A stretch of 63,669 nt of DNA, the filler included, from Basidiobolus ranarum (taxonomy: Eukaryota), in assembly GCA_040143965.1 (NCBI GenBank). It is 22 parts of 22 records of this genome, joined end to end, with 100 filler letters (N's around TTAATTAATTAA, not from the genome) between each part and the next. Parts side by side here need not be neighbours in the genome. Positions count along the whole stretch, not along the records: positions 11,637 to 14,442 come from JASJQH010002965.1; positions 14,543 to 17,347 come from JASJQH010002966.1; positions 17,448 to 20,251 come from JASJQH010002967.1; positions 20,352 to 23,154 come from JASJQH010002968.1; positions 23,255 to 26,056 come from JASJQH010002969.1; 17 more parts are not named here. One strand, 5' to 3'. Below the pieces are notes generated by a model. That model was not told where the DNA came from. It saw only the letters and a list, made by a program, of their open reading frames with translations, and did no database searches. A program made the translations under genes and the position numbers. Below, piece after piece: positions 11,537 through 23,360 of this stretch; position 1 is the first letter of the stretch; every line of letters begins with the position of its first letter.

Positions 11537-13083
11537 NNNNNNNNNNNNNNNNNNNNNNNNNNNNNNNNNNNNNNNNNNNNTTAATTAATTAANNNNNNNN
11601 NNNNNNNNNNNNNNNNNNNNNNNNNNNNNNNNNNNNTATATGTTTGCCTGCTAGGAGTACATGATTTGGATATGGTTCTAATCCCTGAAGATTTCAGGGT
11701 CTTAATTTTTCTGTATTTTCGGTGTAAAGATAGGTACTGTAAGCACTGGTGACTTGTTTAGCAATAGTAAATTGTTTATAACCACCTAAGGGAGTTTACT
11801 CGGCTCTTTCACCTGTACCTGAAGCATCAAGTGACACCCAGGAAACATATTAACTCTGTTCTAAATATTGTTTGATAATAACAGTCCAATGATCCGCACA
11901 TGCAGTAAACCCAACGTTTACGAGTTTGATGGGATTTCACCCCTAAGCAACTTCGATTATGCTCCCCTGAGGAAATATTTAACTCTGAAAGGCTCCTGTT
12001 CTCAAGTATTTTGCAGGGTCTGGGAGGATCTTACAAGTTAGATAGTCCAAATATCAAGGCTAGTTCTATATACTACTTGGGCGAGTATGTACTTGTACGT
12101 TGATAAAACTCACTTGTCTGAAAAGCCTCTCAGACAAACACTTCAACTAAAAGGCAAATATTGATAAAATTGGTATTATTTATATCAACCAGTGACTTGG
12201 AAACTCCAACTCAATACATAATCTTCAAAGGTGAATGTTAGGATGTGCTTTATGGAGGCAGATATTTCGAGAAACAAATAGCCTTTGTCTAATGTTATTG
12301 ACAATCAGCTTCATTGCGATATGATAGGCCTTTTTAAATGTTTGCTTAGCTAGTTAACGACACGTTGTCACGAGACTTGAAGTAAACCTAAATTTATTAC
12401 GTCGACCAAAGTCTGACAACTTGTAGACGTGAACGGAAGAATAATGTCAGCTCTTGGGTGGTTGATTACGGCAAACCAATAAGCATGCTGGAGTGTACGA
12501 TGAGCGTATGGCTTGCCAAGCGCCGTCTCGGTGTGATGATGATTTCATATGAGAACTGAGTTTAAATTGCTAGGCTACCTAGAGTGTACGTGCATATATG
12601 ACGTATGCCATAGCATCGTAGTGCTAGAGAACACTGCATGTCAGCTATTCTTAGCTATCTGATTAGAGCCGCATGATGATGACTGGAAGTGGCATGACCA
12701 GGCACTAATCCAATTGATTGACGCATGCCCAGTTATCAGAGCAATAGCTAAGATCGGCGAATTTGGAGATCATTGTGGAATGGTTTTGTGGTTGCATCAA
12801 GTAGCAGGCCTATCGCGGGCAACGATCGAGCATTCCATAAATCCTCCGTCTTGTTTGCTACATCACTGACCTTACTTCTTCAAACGGTTTGCTAAATAGG
12901 GGTTCAGTAAGAATTATTCGATTCTCTTAGATCCTGACAGTAGTGTACAGTCAGTCACAGCTAGTGAATATGTGATCTCCGCTTTATTTTAACTATTCAA
13001 AAGAGTGAAACTGCTTCAATATCTCTCACCAATTATCGCTATATTCAAAACCCTTGGTGCATGTCGAAGTCGCTATTCTGTTC

Positions 13084-13135
13084 ACGTCACATAGGTGACG
13101 TCAACTAAGTTTGGGTCCTTCTCAATATATATATT
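13084..13135 (+). promoter_or_regulatory. Putative core promoter: CRE/ATF-like TGACGTCA plus TATA
   Basis: TGACGTCA at 13096-13103, half-site ACGTCA at 13084 and TATATATA at about 13126, which is 40-50 bp before the ATG at 13175. Confidence 0.45.
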
Positions 13136-13174
13136 CCTGTATCAAGGCCATGAAAGTCAAACATACTTTTCAAC

Positions 13175-14442
13175 ATGGAGCAGAAATACAATACTCACTC
13201 ATCATCCACAGGCGTCCCTCCACCTCGCCCAGCTACCAAGGAGCAGGAGGTACTTCAAAAGAAGGAACATATCACCAATATGGTTCAAGCTGCTCAAGAT
13301 GGGAAACTTCCCACCACTGCCCAGCTTACTGGTGCAATCGAACAAATCCAAGAAGATAACTCACTCCATGACGTCTCAACGAATATGAGCTCCTCCGGAA
13401 GAAGAGTCATGGCCGATACTGAAAAACTCTTAGGCTCTACCAAGCAACTCTTGGCTGAGAAAAATACTGATGATAACCTTCAAAATATTATCTATCATTC
13501 GATGCAAGGTGGCAAATCTGCTCAAACAGGAGATGAAATCTCTCAAGCCAAAGGTCAGCTTGCTGGCACCGCGGATCAGACCAAGAACCTTTTATCCGAG
13601 GGAGCCGATAAGGTTACAAGAGTTGGATGGTTACTTGTCACGTCTTCTCAATTCCGTCGTTTGATGAACGACATAACATCCATTTTCCAAGAACTTGTAG
13701 CTGGCAACGTCTCTGAACATCCTGAGCAAAGTCATCATGGAACAAACACTGGAGGTACTCAGCACACTGACTCGCAAGGGATTCCTCATGATCGTGAAGT
13801 TTCCGCTGGCGAGGCTGGGGAACGTGTTCAGCAAACTCTCCAACAGAGTGGAAGGCCACTTTATGAAAGCGCCAAGGAAACCATCAAGCCTTATGTCCAA
13901 CAAGCTGAAGACGGTAATATGCCTGCCAAGGATGCGGCCAAAGGTTCCATGCAAGATATGCAGCAAGGTTTTCAGCAGAGCTTAAAAAATGTACGTCTCT
14001 CGTCGGCCCAAGAAGATCATTTGATCAATCGAGTCAAAGCCGTGGTTCGTGAACTTCAAAAGAACCCAGAATTCCAAGAGGCAATTGATGAATTAACGGA
14101 TATTGCGCACTCGTTAAAATCCCATGGATCTCAAGTTCAATCCCAGGTTGCTGAAACTGCACAATCGAAGAAAGAAGCTGGTGGTGATGACCTTACGATT
14201 GCTCGTTCGAATGCCAAAGAGTTGGTTGAAAACTTTGCTGGCAACAAATCTCTAGATCCCTTGATACACGCCGTCGAGAAGTTAACCGATGAATTCTCCA
14301 AGGATCAAGAACTCTCTGCATTTGTAAGAGATTTGAAGGAATTTTTCAATCGTTCCATCCGTGAAAATGAATTCGTGGATCGTCCAGAGTACAACACAGA
14401 AGCCAGCAGCTTCATTGACAAAGGTCAAACTATTATGGATCG
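13175..14442 (+). CDS. Fungal DUF5923/DUF4449-like protein, N-terminal part (cut by contig end)
   Basis: Open frame of more than 420 codons with GKLPTTAQL...SSSGRRVMAD...LLAEKNTDDNLQ...SSQFRRLMND...KELVENFAGNKSLDPL motifs typical of this family. The extension into the N linker is an artefact. Confidence 0.75.
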
Positions 14443-14867
14443 NNNNNNNNNNNNNNNNNNNNNNNNNNNNNNNNNNNNNNNNNNNNTTAATTAATTAANN
14501 NNNNNNNNNNNNNNNNNNNNNNNNNNNNNNNNNNNNNNNNNNTTGAGAATAATTATTTACACTGACATTGGAAGTGATGACAGGGATGTGTTAGTAAGGT
14601 ATTCAGAAACTTGAGTCTAAAGGTTGAAAAACCTCTATCTTTTTGAACATTTCTGACACTTGTCAAATATATATCCAAGATATATATGCAAACTTTGACT
14701 TATAAAATATTGACTGAATCAATATCAGCCATGCTAAATAAGATATATGAATTGTCAGGTGCTTAATTCTAATATTTCAACAGGTGCCAGAGAGGTTTAG
14801 AATGGAGAACTATCAAGCGTTGTTTTTATTAGAAATCTTTTAAAAAGTACTGATTATTTGTTATTAA

Positions 14868-15195
14868 TGTTGAAGTTTTTGGGAATTTGTAGGAAGTGGT
14901 TTGGAGAACTTGAAGAATTGGTGATTTTTACTTACTAGTTTATTGAGCACAAAGTCAACATTTATAGTTCTGTCATAAAGTAAGCCAACAAGTGGATAAA
15001 GTACGTTGTATCAAGTCCTAGAAACCTGTGTGCAAAGTTTGGGGCTTCTAGGACAGATTTGAAAAATCTATATATCTTAGAGCTTCCAAGTAAAGTCCCA
15101 TTGTGAATAGTGGGCAATATCTTAGTAAGTATGGAACAACTAAATAATAAGCTATATATGACTATATAGGTGTTTAGGCAATGCTAATTTCAACA
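14868..15195 (-). repeat. Solo LTR family A with near-perfect 5-bp target-site duplication
   Basis: TGTTG...CAACA ends flanked by ATTAA and CTTAA. Confidence 0.8.
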
Positions 15196-17164
15196 CTTAA
15201 TAGTACCAAGTTCTGTAAAATAAGTCATTGCCGCTTGATATAGTAAAAATGGGAGATACATTTCCTAGCGTAGTTAACATGGCTTTATAAGCGGCAAATC
15301 TAGAGTCTAAGCTTAACTCAGAATGGTAGTAATAAACAAACCAACACTGCTTTTGCTTCATGCTGAATACTTACTCTCACAAGGCAACTGAGTAATAGGA
15401 TTCCCTATATCAAAAGTATCAAGATGCAAGTAGGTAAAAAGTCCTTTAAAAGAGTAACTCTTGGCAGTGTTAGTACTATCGAATGAGACAAGATCAAACA
15501 GAAGTCTCATTGGTTGTTGGAATATTTAGTTTGGTAATGTGATAATATATATTTAGTGGTGCTATTTCCGATGACAACATTAGATTTGCTATCTAAACAC
15601 AGTAGAAGTATAGCATCATTAGGAGTGAATTTGAATTACAAAAAGGAAATTTGATCACATGACCCATTAACATCACCCGCTAACATTTATATCCGAACCT
15701 ATATTGTTCAGCTTTGATAATCCATTATCCGCCTAGACAATATGGAATCAAATTCACATGTACTGTATCATTGAGATTAAAGATTTAATGTCTTTACCAG
15801 TCAAGGGTTTAAAATTATCAACACCTCAAGACTTTACCTTAGATACTCTGCCCAAAGCTTGCTAAAAGCTTGCTTTGGGGTTAGAGAACTAATATAAGAA
15901 ACGCAAACTCAGTGATTAATTCCTACATAAGAAGTGCATTGGTAAGGTAGCCAACGAGTCTAACTTACGCAGTCATGATGATACTATTTTGAAATCCGAC
16001 ATGACGAAGGGTAAGAAGAGTTTAGATAACTGTTTATCTTGCTAAGACCAACTGAACACGAGTACTTATGCAATGGCGGAAAATGAAGAAAGCCTTACTG
16101 GGATGTACATTATGGTCAGAAAATATTGGTTGTCAGAAGGTTATAGAATTATGTGTTTCGGAATGGAGATGAGCAACAAAAATGAAGACTCAACTATCAT
16201 AGATAACAATGGTTTTGGGCTATAGAACAGCACAACACTTTCAATATTTGCGAAGAGAGATATTTCTTCCGACAATCGGTTTACTTAACATAAAAGTTTA
16301 CATCAAAACATTATATGTTTGAGAGGATGGTATTACTATATATGGTTTCACTATTGTTGACCATGAGCAACCCAATAAATATGCAGTTGTGTAGAAACAT
16401 GAGGAGTGAGCGATATAAATTCCCGGTAATATACACTTAACTCTCAATGATTGATTAAACAGAAGTAGAGCGCGACCTTGCGTGCTAAAGATGAAGATCA
16501 AAACTCCGAATGAGGAGTTTTTAAATGCCGAAGTTATGTCAAGCCCGGGGAGATATTTATGGTTTATGGTCGATTGCCAGGAGATAAAAAATCACCTTAT
16601 CAAAGTGGATATGGAAATGGAAAATAGAACGTGTTCTCACGTAAAGAGCAATTCAATTGTATTTAACGATATCAACTTGGTTGAAATAGAGAAGTTAGGG
16701 CCAGAATCTTATTTGCTCGTTATCATTTGAACCGCTAAAGTTACAATCGCCATGGCGGGCTAATATTGTCCCAAGCATCCTCATATCATTACCAAAATGT
16801 CCTAGGAGCACTCCCGGGTTGTACACAATAGATTGGGCGATATCTATTCTCAATGATAGTTTATGTATTGGGTGATTGGGTTACTGGGTGATATCTTAGG
16901 GTAAGCGTTGCCCATTATGTACGCATACAGATCATCGTGACTGTTACAGTAGCTATTACCGTTGTCATTACCGTGTGCTTGAAGCTTTGATGACCGTTAA
17001 TTTACCGTGTTCTTGGAGATAAGGGATAAAAGTAGAGTTTTGGTTTAATCTGCAAATCTGATCTAATCCATTTCCAGTTTATACATATTTTATAGATTGC
17101 CATTTTATATCTTAACCCTGACCCTAATCTCATATGTTATGCACACGATAGTGACTCTAACCCT

Positions 17165-17221
17165 AAGCTTGTCCATATCCATAAAGCTTGTCCATATCCA
17201 TAAAGCTTGTCCATATCCATA
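17165..17221. repeat. 19-bp tandem repeat, 3 copies
   Basis: AAGCTTGTCCATATCCATA repeated three times. Confidence 0.9.
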
Positions 17222-17298
17222 TGATCGACTAAGCCTGCATTTGGCAATATCTCCAAATGGTTATGAAAATGATTTTCATGGGATACGCGTAGAGTATA

Positions 17299-17347
17299 TT
17301 GACTGATACTAACTTGACTGATACTAACTAACTTGACTGATACTAAC
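17299..17347. repeat. 15-bp tandem repeat, 3 copies, at contig end
   Basis: TTGACTGATACTAAC repeated three times, one copy followed by an extra TAAC. Confidence 0.9.
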
Positions 17348-17447
17348 NNNNNNNNNNNNNNNNNNNNNNNNNNNNNNNNNNNNNNNNNNNNTTAATTAAT
17401 TAANNNNNNNNNNNNNNNNNNNNNNNNNNNNNNNNNNNNNNNNNNNN

Positions 17448-18206
17448 GCTAAGTGATATTTGACTAAATAATGTTGACTAACTAATATGTGATATATGAA
17501 ATAGTTAGGTGTATAAAGATAGTGATAACAAATATGATAAAGACAATAAACTTCAACAGAGCCAACTGAAGTAACAATAAAGCATTGACATACTTACCAG
17601 AAGTGTTTTACAATCCCCCCAATTACATAGTAAGCCAGTGGTGGAGCAATGTTTAACAGAAACATTGTCAAGGATATCAACTTCCAAAATGCCTACTTTG
17701 AGAGCTATTGAACATCCCTCTGTAGACAATTTAATTAGAGTTCTTATAACAAGGGAATCTCAGGCAGAACACCATAATGAGCTGTATGAAATCACAAATA
17801 AAAGCTACAATGTTGCTTTAAAGGCCATGACAAGCAATAATGCTACAAAATTACAATTTAAGCAGTGATCTGAAGCAACTAGTCCTCAGTAAGAGAGTCA
17901 CTCAACAATGATACAAGACCTTCAGAATGCTGTACTTGAGTTACAGCAGCATGCTGCTCTGTCCATCCATTTTTCTATCCAATTTCAATCAAACCCAAAC
18001 CATATATATGATTATCACCTTGACAAACTGGCAGAGCAGAATATGTGTTAGACCCTAAAGCCTACACAACAACCCAAAATTACCTGGGCATATGAAAGTA
18101 GAAATATTGTAGGAAAACCAGCAAACCAAAAGACTTTGAATATCAGAGTTGCTGTCACTTGCTCTGATTATGAATGGTTTAACATTTTGGAAACTCTGCA
18201 GAATGT
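17448..18206. mobile_element. LTR family D end (17448-17558, minus) followed by a CACTA-associated ORF relic (17559-18206, plus)
   Basis: 17448-17558 is the reverse complement of the LTR start at 62352 and 28468. 17630-18204 aligns by eye to 49410-49981. Confidence 0.75.
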
Positions 18207-20065
18207 TAGTTTGACTTTGCAGCCATTCTATTTTTACATGCCATAAATTTTCAGCTTTTGTGAAACTTTTATTATTATTGTTTGATATTGTTGGCCTACA
18301 ATAATTATATTTTATGCTAGTTTTGTAGTGAGATTTAATAACATTGAATTTGGCTACAAAAGCTTCTAAATGATTAAATAAAATTTGTATGATGCCAAAT
18401 GTTCTAAACTTGTGATATACATATGTTTAATAAGTTTATTACCTTCTTTGTCTAATAATAATATTGAGTTGCTTATATTATTTAAGCTATTTGATGTTAT
18501 TTTGATTACTAATTTTTCTGATTTAAAAATAATATTATCATCACTAAATCTTACTTTTAATAATAGTTTAAGTTTATTAGCATTATTATTATTTGCAATG
18601 AGAAAATAACTGAGTTTTTAAGAATACTTGACACTAACTACAGACTTTTCAGAAATATATGATGATAAAGTATTAGCTATATTATTTAAAGTATTAAGAT
18701 GTTGCTTTTTTAATGTATAAATATCATCCATTTCAGGATAAACACCAATTTTAAAGATTGACATGTTTAGATCACCTGATATATTTTCAATAACAAATAT
18801 TTCATGTATATTTTGTAAATACTTGTTGAGTAAATCTAAATAAATGTTAGACAAAATAATACTATTAATAGAAAAATCGTCAGGAGAAAGTTTTTCTTGA
18901 ATATAATTACAAAGAGATATAATATATCTATAAGAATTTTCAAGTTTGAGTAATTTGTTAGGAGTAAGAATTTCTGATAGTAAAAGTCTATGAAGTTTTT
19001 TTATATCTGAAATATTTTTGAGAATATTTTCTAAAAGTTCTGATGAATCTTGAAAACAAATACAAAATTCATTGTTTGACCATATCTAAGTTCAAGTAAA
19101 GTAATGTCAGTAATAGGAGATAATAAATGTGTTTTTAATAATCTTTTTCCAAGAATAGTTGAGCAATGGTCTATAACATCTAATAAGCAAGTAGTTTTAA
19201 TTTTTTTATTATATATTAGTTGAGATCAAACAATATTTAAATTATCTATGGTATTGGGAGCCAATAATAGATGATCAGAAGGAACAAATATGTAGGGAGG
19301 TGAGAGTTTTTCAAGAAGCATTGGATTATGTTTCTTATGGTATTGGATTGTTGTTGCCAAAGAATTGACATCAATCAAATGGTGAATAATATCATCAAAA
19401 TATATTTTGTGCAAAGAAATAGAATTTAACATTTTTATGATATCCATATTTTTTTTGGTTGCTGATAGAACTATTTCTCAAGGATTATGTTGCTTTATAA
19501 ATGAGATTGTATTATCAAAAGATAAATTTTTATCATCTAATGTAGGATAACTTTCATAAACAAAATTTTTTCTGGTAAGAACATCAATAGCACTAATACC
19601 AAATATGCATAAATTATTGGATTTAGTAGGTTCAACAAAGATAAGAACTGAATAATTTCATGAAATTAAGATTTCATCAATATCTAAATATGTAGATGGA
19701 CTGATAGCACTAGAAACAGAACGTGTAATATTTGGAACAGTACCAGTTTGATCAATAATGACAATAATGTAACTATTTTTGAGTAAGATAGAAACATACT
19801 TATAAAGTACAGAGCAAGGAGATCCAACTAATAATGGATTAGAATGATTATTTTGGGGAATTTTTTTATTTTCTTTAGTAAAAATAATATTAAGAAGAAT
19901 GGACATTTTGGCAGGATTACTGATTTTTTCAATATAGTTATCAACACCATGGATCTCATCAAAACTACCTACCTGCATAAGAACAACAACATTATCACCA
20001 TATTGAGAATTATACAAATTTAAGTAGCAAAAGTATTTGGTAACAAAAGAATTGTGAATACTCAT
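18207..20065 (-). pseudogene. mutS: MutS-family pseudogene (domains I-IV, ATPase domain missing) resembling giant-virus MutS7
   Basis: Stitched translation: VVVLMQVGSFDEIHG...LLNIIFTKENK...KYVSILLKNSYIIVIIDQ...RSVSSAISPSTY; GISAIDVLTRKNFVYESY...FIKQHNP*EI; HNPMLLEKL...NTIDNLNI; CLLDVIDHCSTILGKRLLKTHLLSPITD...RY; LKNISDIKKLHR; KYNYCRPTI...SF..AENLWHVKIE. Intronless, extremely AT-rich, with in-frame stops and frameshifts. Confidence 0.85.
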
Positions 20066-20351
20066 GATAAAGTAATAAAAGCAATAGTATGAATATATAG
20101 TAAAATAAAAAAACTTCAATATAGAATGGATTGCAAAAAAGATATAAGAAGAATTTTAAAAAAGTAATAAAAAAAATATATTAGATGCAAAAAAATATTA
20201 AATTATTATTTTATTCAATTAAGTCTGAAATAAAGTATAAGATAGATATATNNNNNNNNNNNNNNNNNNNNNNNNNNNNNNNNNNNNNNNNNNNNTTAAT
20301 TAATTAANNNNNNNNNNNNNNNNNNNNNNNNNNNNNNNNNNNNNNNNNNNN

Positions 20352-20549
20352 GGCAGAAAGAGAACCGATGAGACACCCCAGTGTAAGACTACTGGTGATG
20401 AACCCTTCCAAGGCGGGTTTGTCGGCGTAACCGAAGCGGTCCTTGAAGCGGTCCATGACCAATACACCACTGATCACACCGGTGTCATAACCAAAGAGGA
20501 AACCACCAATGGCGGCGGCAGCAGATGCGACATATACTAATACACCCAT
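20352..20549 (-). CDS. MFS sugar porter (hexose transporter family), N-terminus, partial
   Basis: AAIGGFLFGYDTGVISGVL signature. TATATAAAAA lies about 55 bp upstream on the minus strand. Confidence 0.92.
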
Positions 20550-22763
20550 GATTGAGATTTAGCTTGAAGACTTATTGCTTAGCTGTGATCCCCTCCACCC
20601 TTTTTATATAAAAACATTATTAGAGGCTTTTGGGACCTGGACAATAGAACATTCAGCCGTCTTAAGAGTCTTCTAGATCAGCAACGCAGGTAGTGGGTAT
20701 GGAACACTTAATTCTATGAACAAGAATCACCCAATTCGACCCACAACTATGGCACCACTGAACTTCATTGGTCATCAGGATCCAAAGAATTTCCCAACAA
20801 CAACCCGCAATTTCATTTGACGGAAATAGAAGATTTTGACCCAAATCGAACTTTATCTCGGAGCCTAGCCCAACAGTCCTTTAAACAATAACTTAAGATG
20901 TATCAATATTGACCCTAGAGTTATAGATATGGCTGTCAGTAAAGAATGTTGCCAATCTGTCTCGGGAGAATATTTAGAATGTGAGTTATTGTGTAAGAAT
21001 ACTGTTAATAGTGACTATGGAATATGTTGTATGCAGGCTACTTCTCACAATCGGGGATTTATTGGTATATAGAGTAATTTCACCATGGTAGAAGGACCCC
21101 TAGCTCATACTGACCATCAGAAGATGAGGATGATGCTATGATTGTCCAATTAGCCAGAATAGATGATCTGAACGACTTCCAACCTTTTTCTATTACTGAT
21201 TTTGAGGATACACCTAGTGCTATGTTCGTTAATCACGTGAACCTATGATTCCCCGCACTTTCTAAATTAAGCAGGTCATGTCTATGAATGTTTCGAATCA
21301 ACTCTATAATGATCCAATATTGGTCGATAGATGTTCTACGTACAAGAAGGCGCCGCACATGTATATTAGAACACATAAGTAGCAACTCTTGGAGTTTGAA
21401 GGTGCGCACACAATTGGACTTTTTCATATGGTTTCATTAGTACTCGAACTGGCATAGACAAGTTATGACTGGTTACACTTAAAGACGTCTTTAGAAGAAA
21501 CGTGTCACAACCCTGAGGAATAGCAATGTATGGTTCTTGGTTACAGAACATTCCACAATTCCTAGCTCTCTTTTCCTGGATCAACTCTGGTAAATTAAAA
21601 TGAAACATCCCAATGGTCACTATTACTATTTCAGCAAAATGATGCTACGCGACGAGTAATCCAGGTATCTAAGTACAAATAGCTGATTGGGTTTCAGTTA
21701 ATGTCCGACATCTCTTGGTAGTGTGTGGATAAAATCAACATTAAAGGACTTAGGTTGTGTGTGGATGTCAATTCTGGGTTATGTTTGATAATAGCAATTA
21801 TAATCCCTTAACTGTTTATAATGCCTTAACTGTTCGGAATTTGTTTCAATATGGTAAAAAACCAAACCATTTTGTATCTGGTTTATCGTACCAAGAATAT
21901 TATCGCTTATTCTTCTGCTGACTAAGAATGAGCTAACTAGAAAGAATGAAATCACAGTATCTGAGTGAAGTTCATAGAACGATTCAGGGTCAAAGATCCT
22001 AAATTCCGCACACGGTAGTTACAGGCACTAGTTTATTTCCTGTGTCATAATCTAAGTACATTTCGTTGTAAGTGATTTCGAATGGACAGCTAAGTGTGAG
22101 AAACAGCTGTCCCACATTAAAAGGAATATTGATCGAGATCCTTTGCTTTATTGAGTTAAGCTGCTTACGGTATGAAGTCGGAGAATTTTCCACCGTCTTG
22201 CTTCATATCTTGGGAATATACAGTCATTGCTTAGTTGTAAAAGGACCGCGTGAAAAATAAATATTTGGAAATTCCTGGTACATTTTGGAGGTGTTTTGCT
22301 TTTCCAAAATAGGTTCGTTTCTTATCATTCGCCATATTATTCGCGGTGTTTCTGCATCATCAGATGAGCCACAAAAAAGATATCATAAATGGTCAACGTT
22401 ATTGTACAAATTTATTTCAATAAAAACCACTTTATCTTATCTGCTAGTTATGGAAGTCTCCGGAGCAGGTGACAGAAAAAACAAGTGGGCAGATATTTCG
22501 TTATTTCCATGGGGTTAACGTGTTCTCCATCCACTTGAAAGTTCCCCTTCAAACATGTTGTTTTAGCGTCACCTGTTGCTAAGCATTCATTGAGATCATC
22601 AACATACGTTTCACACAAAATGTATTCGGAACAGGTATAGAGTTAAGAAATATTAAGCTATATTGATAAATACAATTTATTTAGCAGTGAATATCTACAT
22701 TTGAAGATTCCTAATATCTAGTAATGATATTAAGAAAAACGTGTCTACGTATACTGTGCTCTT

Positions 22764-23154
22764 TAGCAGTGGCGGTAAGCTGGGCGTTGTTACCTTCGTA
22801 TCCAGCTGAGTTGAAGATCGTTGGAGCATAGTACATGATAGCATTGATACCGGTGAGTTGTTGGAACACTTGGATAGCTATTCCGATGAATACACGACGA
22901 CGAAGACCCGATTGGAAAAGTTCAGTCCAAGAGGGAGTAGCCATTTCCTTTTCCATATGAATGGTTTGATTGATGTCCTCCAACTTTGCATCAGCATTCT
23001 TGCATAGCTTTTGTAGCACTTGCAATGCCTGTTCCGAGTGACCTTGGGACATGAGCCAACGTGGGGATTTAGGTAATAAGAACATGAGAAGGGAAAGGAT
23101 GAGGGCTGGGATGCCTTGAACACCAAGTGGGATTCTCCAACTGGCATCGCTATC
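22764..23154 (-). pseudogene. Truncated MFS sugar porter fragment (TM6-TM7 region)
   Basis: SWRIPLGVQGIPA...LPKSPRWL...FQQLTGINAIMYYAPTIF. Homology stops after QLTATA and runs into unrelated AT-rich sequence. The canonical PESPRW reads PKSPRW. Confidence 0.7.
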
Positions 23155-23360
23155 NNNNNNNNNNNNNNNNNNNNNNNNNNNNNNNNNNNNNNNNNNNNTT
23201 AATTAATTAANNNNNNNNNNNNNNNNNNNNNNNNNNNNNNNNNNNNNNNNNNNNTAGCCATTCAATCGATAAAAAATGTATTCAACCTTAGCAATGGATT
23301 TACCTTTGTCAATGTAAATATCTTACAAATGGATAAAGAAGACATCCAGTTTAAAATGAC

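Noticed and set aside
17112-17166. Telomere-like CCCTAA variants
   Set aside because: Only two or three scattered imperfect units, not an array.
20066-20251. Mimivirus-type early promoter AAAATTGA upstream of the MutS relic
   Set aside because: No exact match on the coding strand. The region is just AT-rich.
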